Source: an uncultured Clostridia bacterium (GTDB lineage: Bacteria; Bacillota; Clostridia; TANB77; CAG-508). From it: 55,162 nt of DNA. The notes beneath the pieces were generated by a model, which was given only the letters and a program-made list of their open reading frames with translations, was not told the origin of the DNA and ran no database searches. Made by a program: the position numbers and the translations under genes. Below, one piece after another: positions 42,523 through 52,205 of this stretch; positions within the stretch are counted from its first letter, which is position 1; every line of letters starts with the position of its first letter. The stretch covers positions 1 through 55,162 of the forward strand of contig CALXUT010000049.1 in the NCBI GenBank assembly GCA_944391755.1, read 5' to 3'.

Positions 42523-45339
42523 TTAATTTATTACATTTTGTATGAAAGAATCTATTATTCCATTTTGTTCACTATTACTTGTAGTTTTATCCGTGTTCGT
42601 TTCTGTAGATGTAATATTCTCATTTTCTTTCATCATTTTTTCTAGAGAATCAATTAATTCTTGAAGATTTTTAATGTCTGAACCTATCATTTCCCAGTCA
42701 TTACTATCACTAGATTGTTTTAAATTGTTATTAGCATCTATTATTGCTTTTATCAGACCTTCAACATCTTCTGTTGTATTAATATCAATATTAACTGCTG
42801 ATTGTGATGAAAGATTTGATATTGCCTCATCTAATGTATCTCCTATTGCAACTTTTGTTCCAGAAGCAACAATTACCTTTTCTAATGTTGTTGGTGTGTT
42901 TAATTCATTTGACATTGTTTGATAGATTGTTTCTACATATAATACTGTATTATTGACTGGTATAATTTTCATTTCTTTGGTTAATCTGCTTCCTGTTACA
43001 TTTATTAATTCTAGTTCACTAGAAATCGTTTCATCTTGCTCTATCTGATTATCTAATTGTATAGGTCCTAAAATGTTGCTATCTGATGGATATTTATAAA
43101 TCTTCAATTTATTTTCTGTTCCATCACAACTTCCTATCAAATAAGATATAATATTTGATTTTCCATTTTGCGTATACATCTGAACTAGTCCAAATTCTGT
43201 ATTTTCACTATTTGGCTCTCTTATGATAGCATAATATGGCTGTAATGTTGATGTTTTTGAAGAAGATGTTCCATATGCTGGAAATGCCCAAATATCGTTA
43301 TTTCTATATAAAACATCTGCTTTCACATTATGATACACTGTTAGCATTTCTGCTTGTATATTATATAAAAATTCCGGATATTTTAATTGTTGTTTTATAT
43401 CTTCTGGTATTTCTTCACCTGTATAATCAGAAAATATCGTTGGATAAAGTTTTAAATATGCCATTATAATAGGATCTGTTCTATCTGTAATATAGAATGT
43501 AATATCTCCATTATAAGCATTTACAAGCACTTTCACAGAATTTCTTATATAGTTTATTTCTTGTTTTTGTTCTTCATATACAATTTCACTATATGTTGAA
43601 TATGGATATTTGTCTGAAACTGTATATCCATCAATTACCCAATAAATTTGGCCATCACTAATTACTGTATATGGATTTTCGTCATATAATAAATATGGTA
43701 AAACCGTTTTAGCCCTTTCTATAACATTTCTATTTGTCAATATTTTACTTTCATTTGATACTGTTGTTGAAAAAGCTAATTTAATATCTTTTTGATGTAT
43801 TGCTAAAATTAACCTATCCAAAAATCCTACTTGGATTCCAGAATCACCATTATAATTGTAAACATGTTCTATTCCATCATTATCTGTATAATCATATTCT
43901 GTCTTATTTTTTGTATTTGTAACAACTGTACTATTTGTTTCTACTCCATAATATATTCTTGGTTCTGTTATTTCATAAACATTATCTGAACCTTCAATAT
44001 CATTTTGAATATATTGTACATTACCATCTTCTGTCACATCTGTTGCTGATGCCACTATTTGTCCAATTCCATGTGTATATTCATATGTTTTATTATTATA
44101 GGAAATACTTTGATTCTCAATTTCCCTTGGAGCAACATATACTAATTGTGGCTTTCCATTGATATCATATTTTGCAATTGTAGCATTTCTAAAAGTATAA
44201 TATCCAGAATCTGTTTGTGTATCTTGCAAACTTTTTAATACTAAATTTTGATTTACTAAAGTAATATTATCAATTACTTCTTGATTATCTTTTATTTCTT
44301 GTTCTGTTATTGTTCCTGAATACTGTATATTTGTTTCTTCAGCATCTATTCCATATGCATTTTTGGTAAACTCAATATTTGCTTCAATAAATCTTCTTTC
44401 CTTATCATATTCATTCCTATTAACAAATATTAAATCAGTAGATACCATCACAATAAACAATACTACCAAATATGTTGGTATAGATAATAATGAAATCATT
44501 ATTTTTTTATTTTCACTCTTTTTAAAATATTTTATTGCTAATCCAACTGCAATTATGATAACGAATGCAAATATTACATATCCCCATAATTGTACTGTTG
44601 ATTCTATAAATCCCGCTCCAGTCAATTCCGTTTCATTACTTAAAGTTAAAAATTTTCCTAATACAATATCTTGAACTTTTATTACCATCAAAATAGCAAA
44701 TGCGATTGCGAGAATAAATGCATTTCTTAACAAATTTTTTATTAATTTACTATTTTTTAATAAAGTTCTGTCTATAGCATCAAAGCAGAAATTAAATACT
44801 AATATATAATATCCAGCCATATAGATACTAATTCCTATAATGATTTGTATGATAAAGTTTAAAATTGTTTCGATTAATGGTTTTATAAACATATAATAGG
44901 ATATATCCAAATTAAATATGATATCTGTTTTCTCAAAAGATACATTACTTGCAAATAGTAATACCTTTTCTAACAATACATTCGACAATATGACACTTGC
45001 AATTGCTGCAATAATTAAAGCTAGAGATTTATTAGGTAATTTAGGCATCTCTTTTTTTTCTTGCTCGAAAAAAGGTTTTAATCCTTTTTTGATTCCCAAA
45101 TTTGTCAAAAGGATAAGTATGAAAAGAAGTACAAAACTTATACCCATTATAGAATATTTATATTTTATATTTGTATAAAACACTTCTACATATTGTTCTC
45201 CTAATTCTGCATACTCTAAATATTGCCCTCTTAATGATATATAAGTAATAACTAAATATATTACAATAAATGCTATTACAAGTATAGATTTTACTTTATT
45301 ACTCAATTTGAATTTTTTCTTCTCCATAATCGCCTCCAT
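42523..45339 (-). CDS. UPF0182 family membrane protein
   Basis: Multi-TM N-terminus, YTHG, EPRIYYG, NYIRNSVK..VNAYNG. Confidence 0.88.
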   Translation of the reverse strand: MEAIMEKKKFKLSNKVKSILVIAFIVIYLVITYISLRGQYLEYAELGEQYVEVFYTNIKYKYSIMGISFVLLFILILLTNLGIKKGLKPFFEQEKKEMPKLPNKSLALIIAAIASVILSNVLLEKVLLFASNVSFEKTDIIFNLDISYYMFIKPLIETILNFIIQIIIGISIYMAGYYILVFNFCFDAIDRTLLKNSKLIKNLLRNAFILAIAFAILMVIKVQDIVLGKFLTLSNETELTGAGFIESTVQLWGYVIFAFVIIIAVGLAIKYFKKSENKKIMISLLSIPTYLVVLFIVMVSTDLIFVNRNEYDKERRFIEANIEFTKNAYGIDAEETNIQYSGTITEQEIKDNQEVIDNITLVNQNLVLKSLQDTQTDSGYYTFRNATIAKYDINGKPQLVYVAPREIENQSISYNNKTYEYTHGIGQIVASATDVTEDGNVQYIQNDIEGSDNVYEITEPRIYYGVETNSTVVTNTKNKTEYDYTDNDGIEHVYNYNGDSGIQVGFLDRLILAIHQKDIKLAFSTTVSNESKILTNRNVIERAKTVLPYLLYDENPYTVISDGQIYWVIDGYTVSDKYPYSTYSEIVYEEQKQEINYIRNSVKVLVNAYNGDITFYITDRTDPIIMAYLKLYPTIFSDYTGEEIPEDIKQQLKYPEFLYNIQAEMLTVYHNVKADVLYRNNDIWAFPAYGTSSSKTSTLQPYYAIIREPNSENTEFGLVQMYTQNGKSNIISYLIGSCDGTENKLKIYKYPSDSNILGPIQLDNQIEQDETISSELELINVTGSRLTKEMKIIPVNNTVLYVETIYQTMSNELNTPTTLEKVIVASGTKVAIGDTLDEAISNLSSQSAVNIDINTTEDVEGLIKAIIDANNNLKQSSDSNDWEMIGSDIKNLQELIDSLEKMMKENENITSTETNTDKTTSNSEQNGIIDSFIQNVIN

Positions 45340-45395
45340 TTATACAATCCCCAATTATTATATAACTTTTTAGCAATATTGTCAATTTATGTAAC

Positions 45396-46301
45396 CTATA
45401 TGATAGCTTTAGCAAAATCTTTTGAATCAAATATCTCCATGTCATCAATTTGTTCTCCCACTCCGATAAATTTGACTGGAATTCTATTTTCTTCAACAAT
45501 TCCTATAACAGCTCCACCTTTTGCAGTTCCATCTAATTTCGTAAGTATAATTCCTGTGATATCTGCTTGTTCTTTAAATGCTTTTACTTGAGATATTGCG
45601 TTTTGTCCAGTTCCTGCGTCAATTACTAATAATACTTCTTTAGAGGCTTCTGGCATATCTTTATTGATTACTTTTTGAATTTTGTTTAATTCATCCATCA
45701 AATATTTTTTGTTATGTAATCTTCCCGCTGTATCACATATTAACACATCTGCTCCTAATTCTCTCGTTTTTTCTATTGCATCATACACTACTGAAGCAGG
45801 ATCAATTCCTTCTTCTCTTTTTACAATTTCTGCACCTGCTCTTTTAGCCCATATTTCTAATTGTTCTACTGCTGCTGCTCTAAACGTATCTGCTGCTGCG
45901 ACAACTACTTTCTTTCCATCCCTAGCCAATCTTGCTGCCATTTTTCCTATAGATGTTGTTTTTCCAACTCCATTCACACCGATAACCAATATGACTGATG
46001 GCTTTGTTTCTAGTTTCAAAGAATTATCAGATATTTCTAATATTTTTTGAATTTCTTCTCTTAATGCTTCTTTTACTTGTTCTTCATCTTCAATTTTTTC
46101 TTTTTTTATTCTTTCTCTCAAATTTGATATTATCTTTGTAGATGTGTCTATTCCTATATCTGACATGATAAGAACTTCTTCTAATTCTTCTAGAAACTCT
46201 TCATCTACTTTTCTAAAATTGCTAAATACATCATTTATCTTTTCATTTATTGACTCTTTTGTTTTGGTTAATCCTTGTTTTAATTTATCAAAAAATCCCA
46301 C
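45396..46301 (-). CDS. ftsY: Signal recognition particle receptor FtsY (start reassigned to GTG at 46301)
   Basis: GVNGVGKTT, DTFRAAA, DTAGR, TKLDGTAKGG. Confidence 0.96.
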   Translation of the reverse strand: MGFFDKLKQGLTKTKESINEKINDVFSNFRKVDEEFLEELEEVLIMSDIGIDTSTKIISNLRERIKKEKIEDEEQVKEALREEIQKILEISDNSLKLETKPSVILVIGVNGVGKTTSIGKMAARLARDGKKVVVAAADTFRAAAVEQLEIWAKRAGAEIVKREEGIDPASVVYDAIEKTRELGADVLICDTAGRLHNKKYLMDELNKIQKVINKDMPEASKEVLLVIDAGTGQNAISQVKAFKEQADITGIILTKLDGTAKGGAVIGIVEENRIPVKFIGVGEQIDDMEIFDSKDFAKAII

Positions 46302-46376
46302 TTTAAACTCCCTCTTCTCTTTTATAATTTCATATATGCTTATTTTAACATCTTTTCGTTTAAAAATCAATTAAAA

Positions 46377-46474
46377 TATTTCAAGTAAATATATGAATAT
46401 TTCGAGGGCAAAGACCCATAGGAAGACCCCAGCTATGTTTTTGCCAAGAAATATTCATATATCTACTTGAAATA
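46377..46474 (+). repeat. Long structured hairpin element, copy 2
   Basis: Imperfect palindrome with core AGACCCATAGGAAGACCCCAGCTATGTTT (46412-46440). Confidence 0.75.
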
Positions 46475-46556
46475 AAATAATATTAAATTCAAAAGCCTAT
46501 AATTTTTTCATTGTAACAAAATAAAAGAGTCTTATAATAAGACCCTTTATCGTTTA

Positions 46557-46895
46557 TTAAACTTCTTTCCAGAACCATTCTAAACTGTCATCAATACTCT
46601 TTTTATTTGTTCTTTTAGCTTCAATATCATCAATCCATAGATATGACAAGAATGAAATAAATATAAAAGCAAAATCTAAAACAATACACCATGTTAATTT
46701 TGAAGACATATCACTGTATTCTGCTGATAATGTCATTAATTGCACTACATGAGATACTAATAAAGCTAAAAATGCAAATAGAGGTATTGCTGTTATATAA
46801 CTTTTCTTTAATTCATGACCTAGAAATATTAATAATACTGTAACTATTAATAATAATAACAATGTAACAACATTTGTTATATCTAAGATAAACAT
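46557..46895 (-). CDS. Hypothetical 3-TM membrane protein (start reassigned to 46895)
   Basis: SD AAGGAGG, hydrophobic segments. Confidence 0.75.
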   Translation of the reverse strand: MFILDITNVVTLLLLLIVTVLLIFLGHELKKSYITAIPLFAFLALLVSHVVQLMTLSAEYSDMSSKLTWCIVLDFAFIFISFLSYLWIDDIEAKRTNKKSIDDSLEWFWKEV

Positions 46896-46979
46896 GTTTA
46901 TTCCTCCTTTGTTTTTCCATAAAGTTCTTCTCTTTGTGTATAATATTATCTTAACACTAAATTTTATTATAATCAAGTA

Positions 46980-48344
46980 TTATTTACAATTTTTTTCGAT
47001 TAAATTTGCGATTTTTCTTGCTTTTTCTTCTATAACTTTTTTATCTTGCCCCTCTATCATAACTCTAACAAGTGGTTCCGTACCTGATGGTCTTATTAAG
47101 ACTCTACCATTTCCAGAAAATTCTTCTTCTAATTTTTCAATTGCTTCTTTTATTTCAGGATTCTTTTCATAATCGTATTTTTTATCTGATGATACTTTTG
47201 CATTGATTAATACTTGAGGATATTTTTGCACGAAATTTCCTAATTCAGAAGCTGTTTTATTACTTTCTAGCATAGATTGTATTAACATTAATGAAGTTAA
47301 AATTCCATCACCTGTAGGATTATAATCTAATAATATGACATGACCAGATTGTTCTCCTCCCAAATTATAACCATTTTTTAACATTTCTTCTAATACATAT
47401 CTATCTCCAACTTTTGTTTGCATTAACTTCATATGATTTTTCTCTACATATTTATTTAATCCTAAATTACTCATGACTGTTGCGACTATTGTATCTTTAG
47501 ATAATTGACCTTTATTTTTTAAATATTCTGCAATAATTGCTAGTAGTTTATCTCCATCTAATTCTTCACCATTTTCATCTACAGCTAGACATCTATCTCC
47601 ATCACCATCATAAGCTATTCCTAAACTCATCTTGTTTTTCACTACATATTCTTTTAACATTTGTAAATGAGTTGAACCACAATTTTCGTTAATATTTATA
47701 CCATCTGGTGTATTATTTAAAATTACATGTTCAATTCCTAATGCTGTAAATACTTTATCTGCAACCTCGTATGTTGCTCCGTTTGCAGTATCTATAGCAA
47801 CTTTAAAATTTTCTTTATCATATTTTTCTATATTATCTTCAAAGTTTTTTCTAAAGAAATAAATATATTCATTTAATAAATCTGTTCTAATTTCTGACAC
47901 TCCTATTTTATCTTTTACTGCTGATAACTCATCTAATTTTCCAGAATCCATCACTTCTTCTATTTCTTCTTCTATTTCATCAGGTATCTTCATTCCTTTA
48001 TTGCTAAAATATTTTATTCCATTGAATTCAAATGTATTATGTGATGCAGAAATAACAACACTTGCATCTGCTTGTAACTTTCTTGTTAGATATGCTACAG
48101 CTGGTGTTGGCATAACTCCTAATAATTTTACATTTGCTCCATAACTTAAAAATCCTGCAACCATTGCACTTTCAATTAATGTACCTGAAAGTCTTGTATC
48201 TCTTCCTATTAATATTGTTGGTGATTTATCTGTATGCTTTGATAACACATATGCACCTGCTTTTGCAACTCTATACACTAATTCTGGAGATAATTCTGTA
48301 TTTGCTATTCTTCTTATCCCATCTGTTCCAAAATATTTTCTCAT
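46980..48344 (-). CDS. glmM: Phosphoglucosamine mutase
   Basis: YFGTDGIR, ISASHN, DGDGDR, GGEQSGH, RPSGTEP. Confidence 0.95.
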   Translation of the reverse strand: MRKYFGTDGIRRIANTELSPELVYRVAKAGAYVLSKHTDKSPTILIGRDTRLSGTLIESAMVAGFLSYGANVKLLGVMPTPAVAYLTRKLQADASVVISASHNTFEFNGIKYFSNKGMKIPDEIEEEIEEVMDSGKLDELSAVKDKIGVSEIRTDLLNEYIYFFRKNFEDNIEKYDKENFKVAIDTANGATYEVADKVFTALGIEHVILNNTPDGININENCGSTHLQMLKEYVVKNKMSLGIAYDGDGDRCLAVDENGEELDGDKLLAIIAEYLKNKGQLSKDTIVATVMSNLGLNKYVEKNHMKLMQTKVGDRYVLEEMLKNGYNLGGEQSGHVILLDYNPTGDGILTSLMLIQSMLESNKTASELGNFVQKYPQVLINAKVSSDKKYDYEKNPEIKEAIEKLEEEFSGNGRVLIRPSGTEPLVRVMIEGQDKKVIEEKARKIANLIEKNCK

Positions 48345-48372
48345 TTAATTGTACCTTCCTTCCATTTACTTG

Positions 48373-49077
48373 TTAATCTTGTAAATTATTTAGTAAATTA
48401 TAGTATTCTGTCATTTTATTTATATTACTAAATTGAATTTTATCATTTTTTATTGACCAATATCTTTGATTTTCTTCTAAAAATTCTTTTATATCTTCCA
48501 ATTTGTCAAGTTTATAATTCAATTCATATTTCTTAGATTGAATTTCATTTTTGATTGCTTGGTATTTTTCTTTCATTCCATCACTAAGCATAATTGTATT
48601 ATATAAATTTATATAATACTCTGTCCTCTGTTTTATATTTTTTTCTTTAATATTATCCAATATATTTTCTTCATTTATTAATTCTTGATATTCCCCATCA
48701 AAACTTTCGCCTTTTTCTCTATAATCCGCTATTATCGTATCTATTGTTTCAAATGATCCATCTACAATATTTTGTGCTGAAAAAATGTCATTAGGATTTA
48801 TTTGTTGATTCATTTCTTCCATATTAGAATATATATTCTCAAATTTTACTAAATATTCTTTTATCGCTTTTTCAACTACTGCGTAATTTCTTTGTGTTTT
48901 TATTTCTGAATTTAGTCCATCTGTTAATATATCTGTTTCTAAAATGGCATTCGCTTCTTCTGTTAGCAAATTTAATTGTGTTTGATTAAAATCATTAAAT
49001 AAATAAGATGTGACGGCTAATGCAACTATTAAAATTACTACAATTATGATTCCTATTATTGTTTTTTTATTTTCCAT
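48373..49077 (-). CDS. Hypothetical membrane-anchored helical protein
   Basis: N-terminal TM, 234 aa. Confidence 0.7.
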   Translation of the reverse strand: MENKKTIIGIIIVVILIVALAVTSYLFNDFNQTQLNLLTEEANAILETDILTDGLNSEIKTQRNYAVVEKAIKEYLVKFENIYSNMEEMNQQINPNDIFSAQNIVDGSFETIDTIIADYREKGESFDGEYQELINEENILDNIKEKNIKQRTEYYINLYNTIMLSDGMKEKYQAIKNEIQSKKYELNYKLDKLEDIKEFLEENQRYWSIKNDKIQFSNINKMTEYYNLLNNLQD

Positions 49078-49100
49078 TTTGTTTTTTCCTCTCTTTTTCT

Positions 49101-50483
49101 TTAGAATTCTATTTTATTTGATATCCAATCTTCTAATTCATCTATTTTTACTCTTATTTGCTCCATTGTATCTCTGTCTCTGATGGTTACGGTTTCATCA
49201 TTTAATGTATCAAAATCTATTGTTACACAATATGGTGTTCCTATCTCATCTTCTCTTCTATAACGCTTTCCTATAGAACCTGTTTCATCATATTCACACA
49301 TAAATTTCTTTGATAATTTATGATATACATCTTCTGCTTTTTCTGATAATTTTTTTGATAAAGGTAATACTGCTACTTTATAAGGAGCTAATGCTGGATG
49401 TAAGTGTAAAACTACTCTTGTATCTCCTTCTCCAATTTCTTCTTCCTCATAACTATTGCATAAAAATGCTAAAGCAACCCTATCTGCACCTAATGATGGT
49501 TCTATACAATATGGTACATATTTTTCGTTTGTTTCCGTGTCTGTATAAGTAAAATCTTCTTTTGATACTTTCATATGACTCTTTAAATCAAAATCTGTTC
49601 TATCGGCAATTCCCCATAGTTCTCCCCATCCAAATGGAAAGGCAAATTCTATATCTGTTGTTGCATTACTATAGTGTGATAATTCTTCTTTAGAATGATC
49701 TCTTAATCTAATATTTTCTTCTTTCATTCCTAATCCTAAAAGCCATTCTTTACAGAATTGTTTCCAGTATTCATGCCATTCTAAATCTGTTCCTGGTTTG
49801 CAGAAAAATTCTAATTCCATTTGTTCAAACTCTCTTGTTCTAAATGTAAAATTTCCAGGTGTTATTTCATTTCTAAATGCTTTTCCGATTTGTGCAATTC
49901 CCATAGGTAATTTTCTTCTTGTTGTTCTCATTACATTTTTAAAATTTACAAATATTCCTTGTGCTGTTTCTGGTCTTAAATAGATTTCTGCTTTTGCATC
50001 TTCTGTTACACCTTGAAATGTTTTAAACATTAAATTGAATTGGCGTATTCCTGTAAAATTGTGTTTACCACAATTTGGGCAACATATATGGTTATCATCC
50101 ATGAATTTTATCATTTGCTCATCTGTCATACCGTCTGCTACCATATCTTTTCCATTTTCATGAGCCCATTCTTCTATTAGTTTATCTGCTCTATGTCTTG
50201 TTTTACATTCCTTACAGTCTATTAATGGATCTGAGAATCCACCTACATGTCCTGATGCAACCCATGTTGTAGGATTCATTAATATTGCTGCATCTAAGCC
50301 TACATTGTATTTACTTTCTTGTATAAATTTTTTTCTCCATAATGCTTTTATGTTATTTTTTAGTTCTACTCCAAGAGGTCCATAATCCCATGTATTTGCT
50401 AAACCTCCATAAATTTCTGAACCTGGATAGATATATCCTCTTGCTTTGCACAAATTTACAATTGTGTCCATTGATTTTACCAT
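49101..50483 (-). CDS. glyQS: Glycine--tRNA ligase (alpha2 type)
   Basis: [32 protein letters not shown]. Confidence 0.95.
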   Translation of the reverse strand: MVKSMDTIVNLCKARGYIYPGSEIYGGLANTWDYGPLGVELKNNIKALWRKKFIQESKYNVGLDAAILMNPTTWVASGHVGGFSDPLIDCKECKTRHRADKLIEEWAHENGKDMVADGMTDEQMIKFMDDNHICCPNCGKHNFTGIRQFNLMFKTFQGVTEDAKAEIYLRPETAQGIFVNFKNVMRTTRRKLPMGIAQIGKAFRNEITPGNFTFRTREFEQMELEFFCKPGTDLEWHEYWKQFCKEWLLGLGMKEENIRLRDHSKEELSHYSNATTDIEFAFPFGWGELWGIADRTDFDLKSHMKVSKEDFTYTDTETNEKYVPYCIEPSLGADRVALAFLCNSYEEEEIGEGDTRVVLHLHPALAPYKVAVLPLSKKLSEKAEDVYHKLSKKFMCEYDETGSIGKRYRREDEIGTPYCVTIDFDTLNDETVTIRDRDTMEQIRVKIDELEDWISNKIEF

Positions 50484-50547
50484 TTAAATTACCTCCTTGT
50501 TACACTTACTTAATAATTTTTGTTGCTAAAGTATGCTTTTTAATATC

Positions 50548-50755
50548 AAAAAAACTTTCATACCTAGCATTTACTGCTAGGGACGAAAGTTTTTATTTCC
50601 GCGTTTCCACCCTAATTCTTAAAACATTCGTTTTAAGCACCTTCATTTTATTTTACTCCAAAGCTCCCCTTATGAATATTATTACTAGTATTCCACCATT
50701 TACCAGCTCTCTATCAATAATTGTTTCATAATTTTTCTTTTTCATCGTAAATATT
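50548..50755 (-). promoter_or_regulatory. T-box riboswitch leader of glyQS
   Basis: AATTAGGGTGGAAACGCGG T-box at 50617-50599, downstream terminator CTTTCGTCCCTAGCA..TGCTAGGTATGAAAG-U-tract, upstream stem I with AGAGA/GGTGGAA distal loops. Confidence 0.88.
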
Positions 50756-50884
50756 AAATTTTTTACATTATATTCTTTTTCTTTTTATTTGTCAACTGTT
50801 TTTATCTATAACATTACTTTTGCATTAATTTTATATATACAAGAGACTTAAAAAACACATTTTAAGCCTCTTGCATCAGAGAAT

Positions 50885-51199
50885 TTACTTCATAGCATCA
50901 TAGCAATAATGATTCAAAAATCCCCAGATAATACTATGATATCTAAGAATTTTAAGCATATTTTGCCCACTTAATGTTTCATACCAAATACATGGCACAT
51001 CTTGGGTATCATTTACATCCTGATTAATTCTGATTAATAGTATTTCGGGAATTAGCGACAATAGTTTTGTTGCTATTTCATTGTTATCAGGAAAAGCATC
51101 TTTCAGATACTGCATGTTTTTCCTGAATTCTTCACGGTCAATCACTCCAATATATTTCTTTTTTGCCATTATGTACTCAAGCCGAATTTTATTCTCCAT
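50885..51199 (-). CDS. Hypothetical protein
   Basis: 104 aa, SD AGGAGG, own TGcTATAAT promoter near 51290-51299. Confidence 0.65.
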   Translation of the reverse strand: MENKIRLEYIMAKKKYIGVIDREEFRKNMQYLKDAFPDNNEIATKLLSLIPEILLIRINQDVNDTQDVPCIWYETLSGQNMLKILRYHSIIWGFLNHYCYDAMK

Positions 51200-51417
51200 A
51201 CTTTTGAGCCTCCTATTTAATTCTAAATCTGAAGGTTTAAAGTATTAACCTTCATACCCATCAAAGGTCTTCTACTCCTTTCTTCTGGTATTATAGCATA
51301 TATATTTTTAATTTTCCAGTTTTTTTACTCATTGATAAATATATAATTTTAAAAGTATTTTTTTAAATCACTTGTCAAAATTGAATTTATATGTTAATAT
51401 AATATAGTAATTAATTT

Positions 51418-51492
51418 AGGGGTATAGTGTCAATGGTAGCACATCGGTCTCCAAAACCGCCTGTGTGGGTTCGAATCCTACTACCCCTGCCA
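51418..51492 (+). tRNA. trnW: tRNA-Trp (CCA)
   Basis: Acceptor AGGGGTA/TACCCCT, G discriminator, encoded CCA, anticodon CCA at 51451-51453, GTTCGAATC T-loop. Confidence 0.97.
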
Positions 51493-51493
51493 T

Positions 51494-51528
51494 AAAAAAG
51501 AAGTTTAGATTTTCTAGACTTCTTTTTT
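51494..51528 (+). terminator. tRNA terminator
   Basis: AAAAAAGAAGTTTAGA-TTT-TCTAGACTTCTTTTTT. Confidence 0.75.
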
Positions 51529-51571
51529 GTTTGTTGCCAATCAGATTTTTTAATAACTCTTTTTCTTAATT

Positions 51572-52162
51572 TTGGGAGGTGATTTTATCAATAACAGCAT
51601 TTTTAAATTAATACTCTTTACCATTTTATTTTGTATCTTTTTTATTCCAACAATTACAGCAACCGACATAAGCGCTCAGAACAATTTTGGTGAACTTATT
51701 TTTTATGGAAATCAAAATTTTGCATGGCCCATCCCAGGTTATACTTCTATCTCCTCCTATTTTGGAAAAAGAAATGCTCCCACAAGTGGTGCATCAACAT
51801 ATCATAAAGGTGTTGACATCCCAGCTCCAGAAGGCACCGATTTAATAGCAACTTGTAATGGTATCATTACTTTTACTGGTTTTCTTGGTGGAGGAGGCTA
51901 TACGATTACTCTTTCTGTTGATGATACTTTAAAAATTACCTATTGCCATGTTTCACCAAATTATATTGTTTCAGAAGGAGATTCTATTACCCAAGGACAA
52001 ATTATTGGACAGGTTGGTCCAAAATATGTATATGGAGTTCCTGGAAATACTTATACCGATTCTCTCGGAAGACCCACAAATGGTGCCACAACAGGTTGTC
52101 ATCTACATTTAGGATTCAGAGCTAATGAAACTTATGTAAATCCTTTAGATTATTTACAATAG
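51572..52162 (+). CDS. Secreted M23 family metallopeptidase (start uncertain)
   Basis: WPIPG..ISS.FG.R, HKGVD, GCHLHLG, VNPLDYL. Confidence 0.88.
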   Translation: MGGDFINNSIFKLILFTILFCIFFIPTITATDISAQNNFGELIFYGNQNFAWPIPGYTSISSYFGKRNAPTSGASTYHKGVDIPAPEGTDLIATCNGIITFTGFLGGGGYTITLSVDDTLKITYCHVSPNYIVSEGDSITQGQIIGQVGPKYVYGVPGNTYTDSLGRPTNGATTGCHLHLGFRANETYVNPLDYLQ

Positions 52163-52205
52163 CTTAAATTTATGTTATTATATTACTACTTAAGGAGATG
52201 ATTTT

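Noticed and set aside
46377-46474. SRP (4.5S) RNA or 6S RNA upstream of ftsY
   Set aside because: Lacks the SRP domain IV CAGG..GGAA..AGCA motif, is too short for 6S, and has a second copy at 39289.
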